From: Octopus sinensis | Taxonomy: Eukaryota | Direction: 5' to 3' | Length of the DNA stretch: 64,000 nucleotides | NCBI RefSeq assembly: GCF_006345805.1 | Contig: NC_042998.1 | Location: 10,602,001-10,666,000, forward strand | In this document: piece after piece, positions 60,981 through 64,000 of the stretch | Layout of the letters: each line of letters starts with the position of its first letter | Numbering within the stretch: the stretch's first letter is position 1 | The notes under the pieces: generated by a model | What the model was told of the DNA's origin: nothing | Seen by the model: only the letters and a program-made list of their open reading frames with translations | The model's database searches: none | Translations under genes and position numbers: made by a program

Positions 60981-63289
60981 TATATATATATATACACAAA
61001 CACACACGCGCGCGTACACACACACATATGTATATATTCAACGGGCTTCATTCAGTTTCCGTCAACCAGATCCACTCAAAAGGCTTTAGTCGGCTCCAAG
61101 CTATAATAGAGGAAACTTGCTCCTAGGTGCTACCTAGTGGAACTGAACCCGGAAGCATGTGTTTGGGAAGCAAGCTTCTTACCACATAACCACGCCTGCT
61201 CCAATATATGTAGTGAGTCTGTATGTATGTTTATACATATACACCCATACATACACGCAGTCACAATTACACACATGGATACAAATAAATATATATACAG
61301 AAAGGCGTTTATTTATTTATGCAAACTTGAGGACGAGATCATATTCCCTTTTACCTTTCACTACTGCGTTTGACCCAGTTGCTGCAGAGCATCATTCTTC
61401 GCAACTTTTGCCTTCCCTAAACGAACCCCTCTTTAGTAATGCATTCCGTAAACATCCTAACAACAACATTTGTAACAACACCCCACTGCAGCACTTAAAC
61501 TCTTTACCCGTCGCTTTAATTTGGTTAGCCACTAATGTGACTATACATCGCTCTATATTTTGCTACGATATTGCTCAACTGACTTTCACAGACACAAGGG
61601 CATGTGTCTCTTTTCATTACTCTCTCAATCTTTGTCTCACAAATATTTTCCCGAAAATCATATGATTTTTGCATTCCCTCTCACCCACATTCCCAAGAAA
61701 ATACTTGAGTCAAGCTTTCCCAGGCTCGACATTACTATCCTCTCCCCTTCGGTAGTTTTAATTCAAAACATTCTGTATCTATAATGTGCATATTTGTGCG
61801 GGTTTGTGTAAAGGAATATATGCATGGGTGCGCTTACCCTTTCGTCTTTGCGTTTACGTATCTTTATGAATGTGTGTCTGTAAAGGGGGACATTTTTGTT
61901 AATGTGTAAAGCATTGCATCAATGCAAATATGTATATATGCAACTGTATTCTTTTCTTTTACAAATGAATGTACGTACGTCTATATGAGTTTAAGTGTAT
62001 ATGTGTGAATAACCGCTTTTGCAACCATTGGCAAAATAATTCGGTCATTCTAAATTAAGATTATTCTATAATTGCCTTTAGACTTAAATAGCTTTTTGGG
62101 GTGCAGTGCTTTATATCTTCCACTCCTTTTGTTTGCTGTTTCCCTTCTCCCTCTTCAACGTGATTTCTTCCTTTATCTTTTGTTGTTTGCGGCATTTGTT
62201 TCTTTCAATTTTTCTCCTCCTTTTCTTTGCCTCATTCCCACCAGTTCACGTCGCACTTCCATCTTATGAGCACTCACACAACCTCTCATCCGGCCGTCGC
62301 AAACCTATTTCAAATTTTCCATAATTCATTTGATCACAACCTAAGCGACCATACACCTTTCTCTCTATTCATAACTCTCAGGCAAAAGCAAAGCAACTGA
62401 TACGTTAAATCTCACACTCCTCACGGCAATTAAACTTATTGAAGTCTTCTATTAAACTCGCCTAAGTAATGCATTGACTTGATAAAATTTTATTTCTTTT
62501 CGCTTCATATATGTAATATATTGCAAATGTTTGCACTGACGGCTATTTAGCTACCAGGTGTAAACGTACTGACGAAGCACAAGTAACATCACCACCAAAA
62601 CAGATTCAGCCCCTCTCCACCTCAAATGCAAACTCTACACACGTAAGCCGCGTAATTTAGCCCACGGTTAAAAATAGAAAGCGTACAAGGATGTTTAAAT
62701 ATAAATAGAACAATCTAAATAAAAGCTCAGACAAATAATACGATAAGGACAATATGGAGAAGAATACATTTCTGTAATGCATGCATATTTTCGAGGAGAC
62801 TCTAACAACACTAAAATGAACAGCTTGTGCATATATCTGGGAAACTAGTCCTGATCTAAAATTAGTTTTGTCCAAACAGACTACATAATTTAAGAAGATA
62901 AACCTTCAAAAGGAAAGATGTAGTCATAAGCATAGAATTACGTTATTTAAAAGGAAGAATACTTAAAAAATACAAGCAACGAAGAAAGAATATTTTTGAA
63001 GAAGTGTGGGTCCCCTTTGAAGACTATTCTGATAAGTATATCAAATCCCAAGCAAAAACAAAAAGAAAAAGTACAAAAAGCAAACATAGAGATTGTTGAA
63101 AAAAGTAACAGAAAAGAACTATTAATCATAACTTAAATCAATAACGAAAAGACTTCAATGAAAAAGAAAATAAAAGGACAGACAAATGCTACAGAAATAA
63201 AGCATTAGAAAATATAAAGAATAAAGAAACTTCTGTATTATGATCTCTTTTAAGCAAAATACCTTCTCGTGAAAAATCGAGAAAATATT

Positions 63290-63446
63290 AGGAGTGGCTG
63301 TGTGGTAAGTAGCTTGCTTACCAACCACATGGTTCCGGGTTCAGTCCCACTGCGTGGCATCTTGGGCAAGTGTCTTCTACTATAGCCTCGGGCCGACCAA
63401 TGCCTTGTGAGTGGATTTGGTAGACGGAAACTGAAAGAAGCCTGTC

Positions 63447-63510
<64 letters not shown>

Positions 63511-63750
63511 GTATTTGTGTGTATGTTTGTGTGTCTGTGTTTGTCCCCCTAGCATTGCTTGACAACCTATGCAGGTGTGTTTACGTCCCCGTAACTTAGC
63601 GGTTCGGCAAAAGAGACCGATAGAATAAGTACTGGGCTTACAAAGAATAAGTCCCGGGGTCGATTTGCTCGACTAAAGGCGGTGCTCCAGCATGGCCGCA
63701 GTCAAAATGACTGAAACAAGTAAAAGAGTAAAAAGAGTAAAAGAGTAACA
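63290..63750 (+). mobile_element. SINE family B
   Basis: Head, central (TA)n, 3' half, (AAAGAGT)n tail. Confidence 0.92.
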
Positions 63751-64000
63751 AGATCATGAAATTGAAACGAACAAGATGTGAGCTAGGAAAGTAAAATTAG
63801 AACCAGCAATAATCAGAGCGTTAGACATGATAAAGTAAAACATAAACCAAAGCATAAAAATTATTTTAGTTAAAAAAAAAACTATCTCGCCTAAGTACAG
63901 CCCACAATTCACGCGATACCCATCATGTTTAATAATAACACATATTACATTCTATACACAAATCACAAAACATCGTCACCTACTACAAATGCATAGAACA

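Noticed and set aside
61159-61665. 168-aa ORF
   Set aside because: Starts inside a SINE remnant and runs through a microsatellite-like tract; no recognisable domain

Overview
AT-rich eukaryotic intergenic or intronic DNA, most likely cephalopod (Octopus-like). This is inferred from the SINE families, the RTE LINEs and the dense (TA)n/(CA)n/(TATG)n tracts. No host protein-coding gene, rRNA, true tRNA or CRISPR array is supported, and most ORFs in the track are microsatellite artefacts or TE debris. Decayed mobile elements include: an almost complete CR1/L2-group LINE ORF2 (1-3128); two RTE LINEs, one ending in a 3.3-kb (TATG)n array; a Tx1/L1 relic; a HERO-like RLE retrotransposon split by a nested LINE; Tc1, mariner and pogo-like DNA transposons; Helitron/Helentron pieces; a 2-kb foldback element with 620-bp TIRs; a Penelope GIY-YIG relic; and dozens of SINEs. 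The main hidden signal is a set of type I hammerhead ribozyme (HHR) motifs, read by eye on both strands. Two perfect HHRs lie exactly 354 bp apart in a direct repeat (35509-36094), which is a retrozyme/circRNA-like architecture. One HHR has a long loop II and a candidate pseudoknot (37071-37151), and another has a long stem II (35180-35252). Foldback palindromes carry HHR core variants: an A3-U8 compensatory swap (27816-27852 and 28068-28100), U4C (44706-44868) and C3U (43136-43180). Several further copies are decayed. None of the ribozymes has been tested; folding and activity are inferences.
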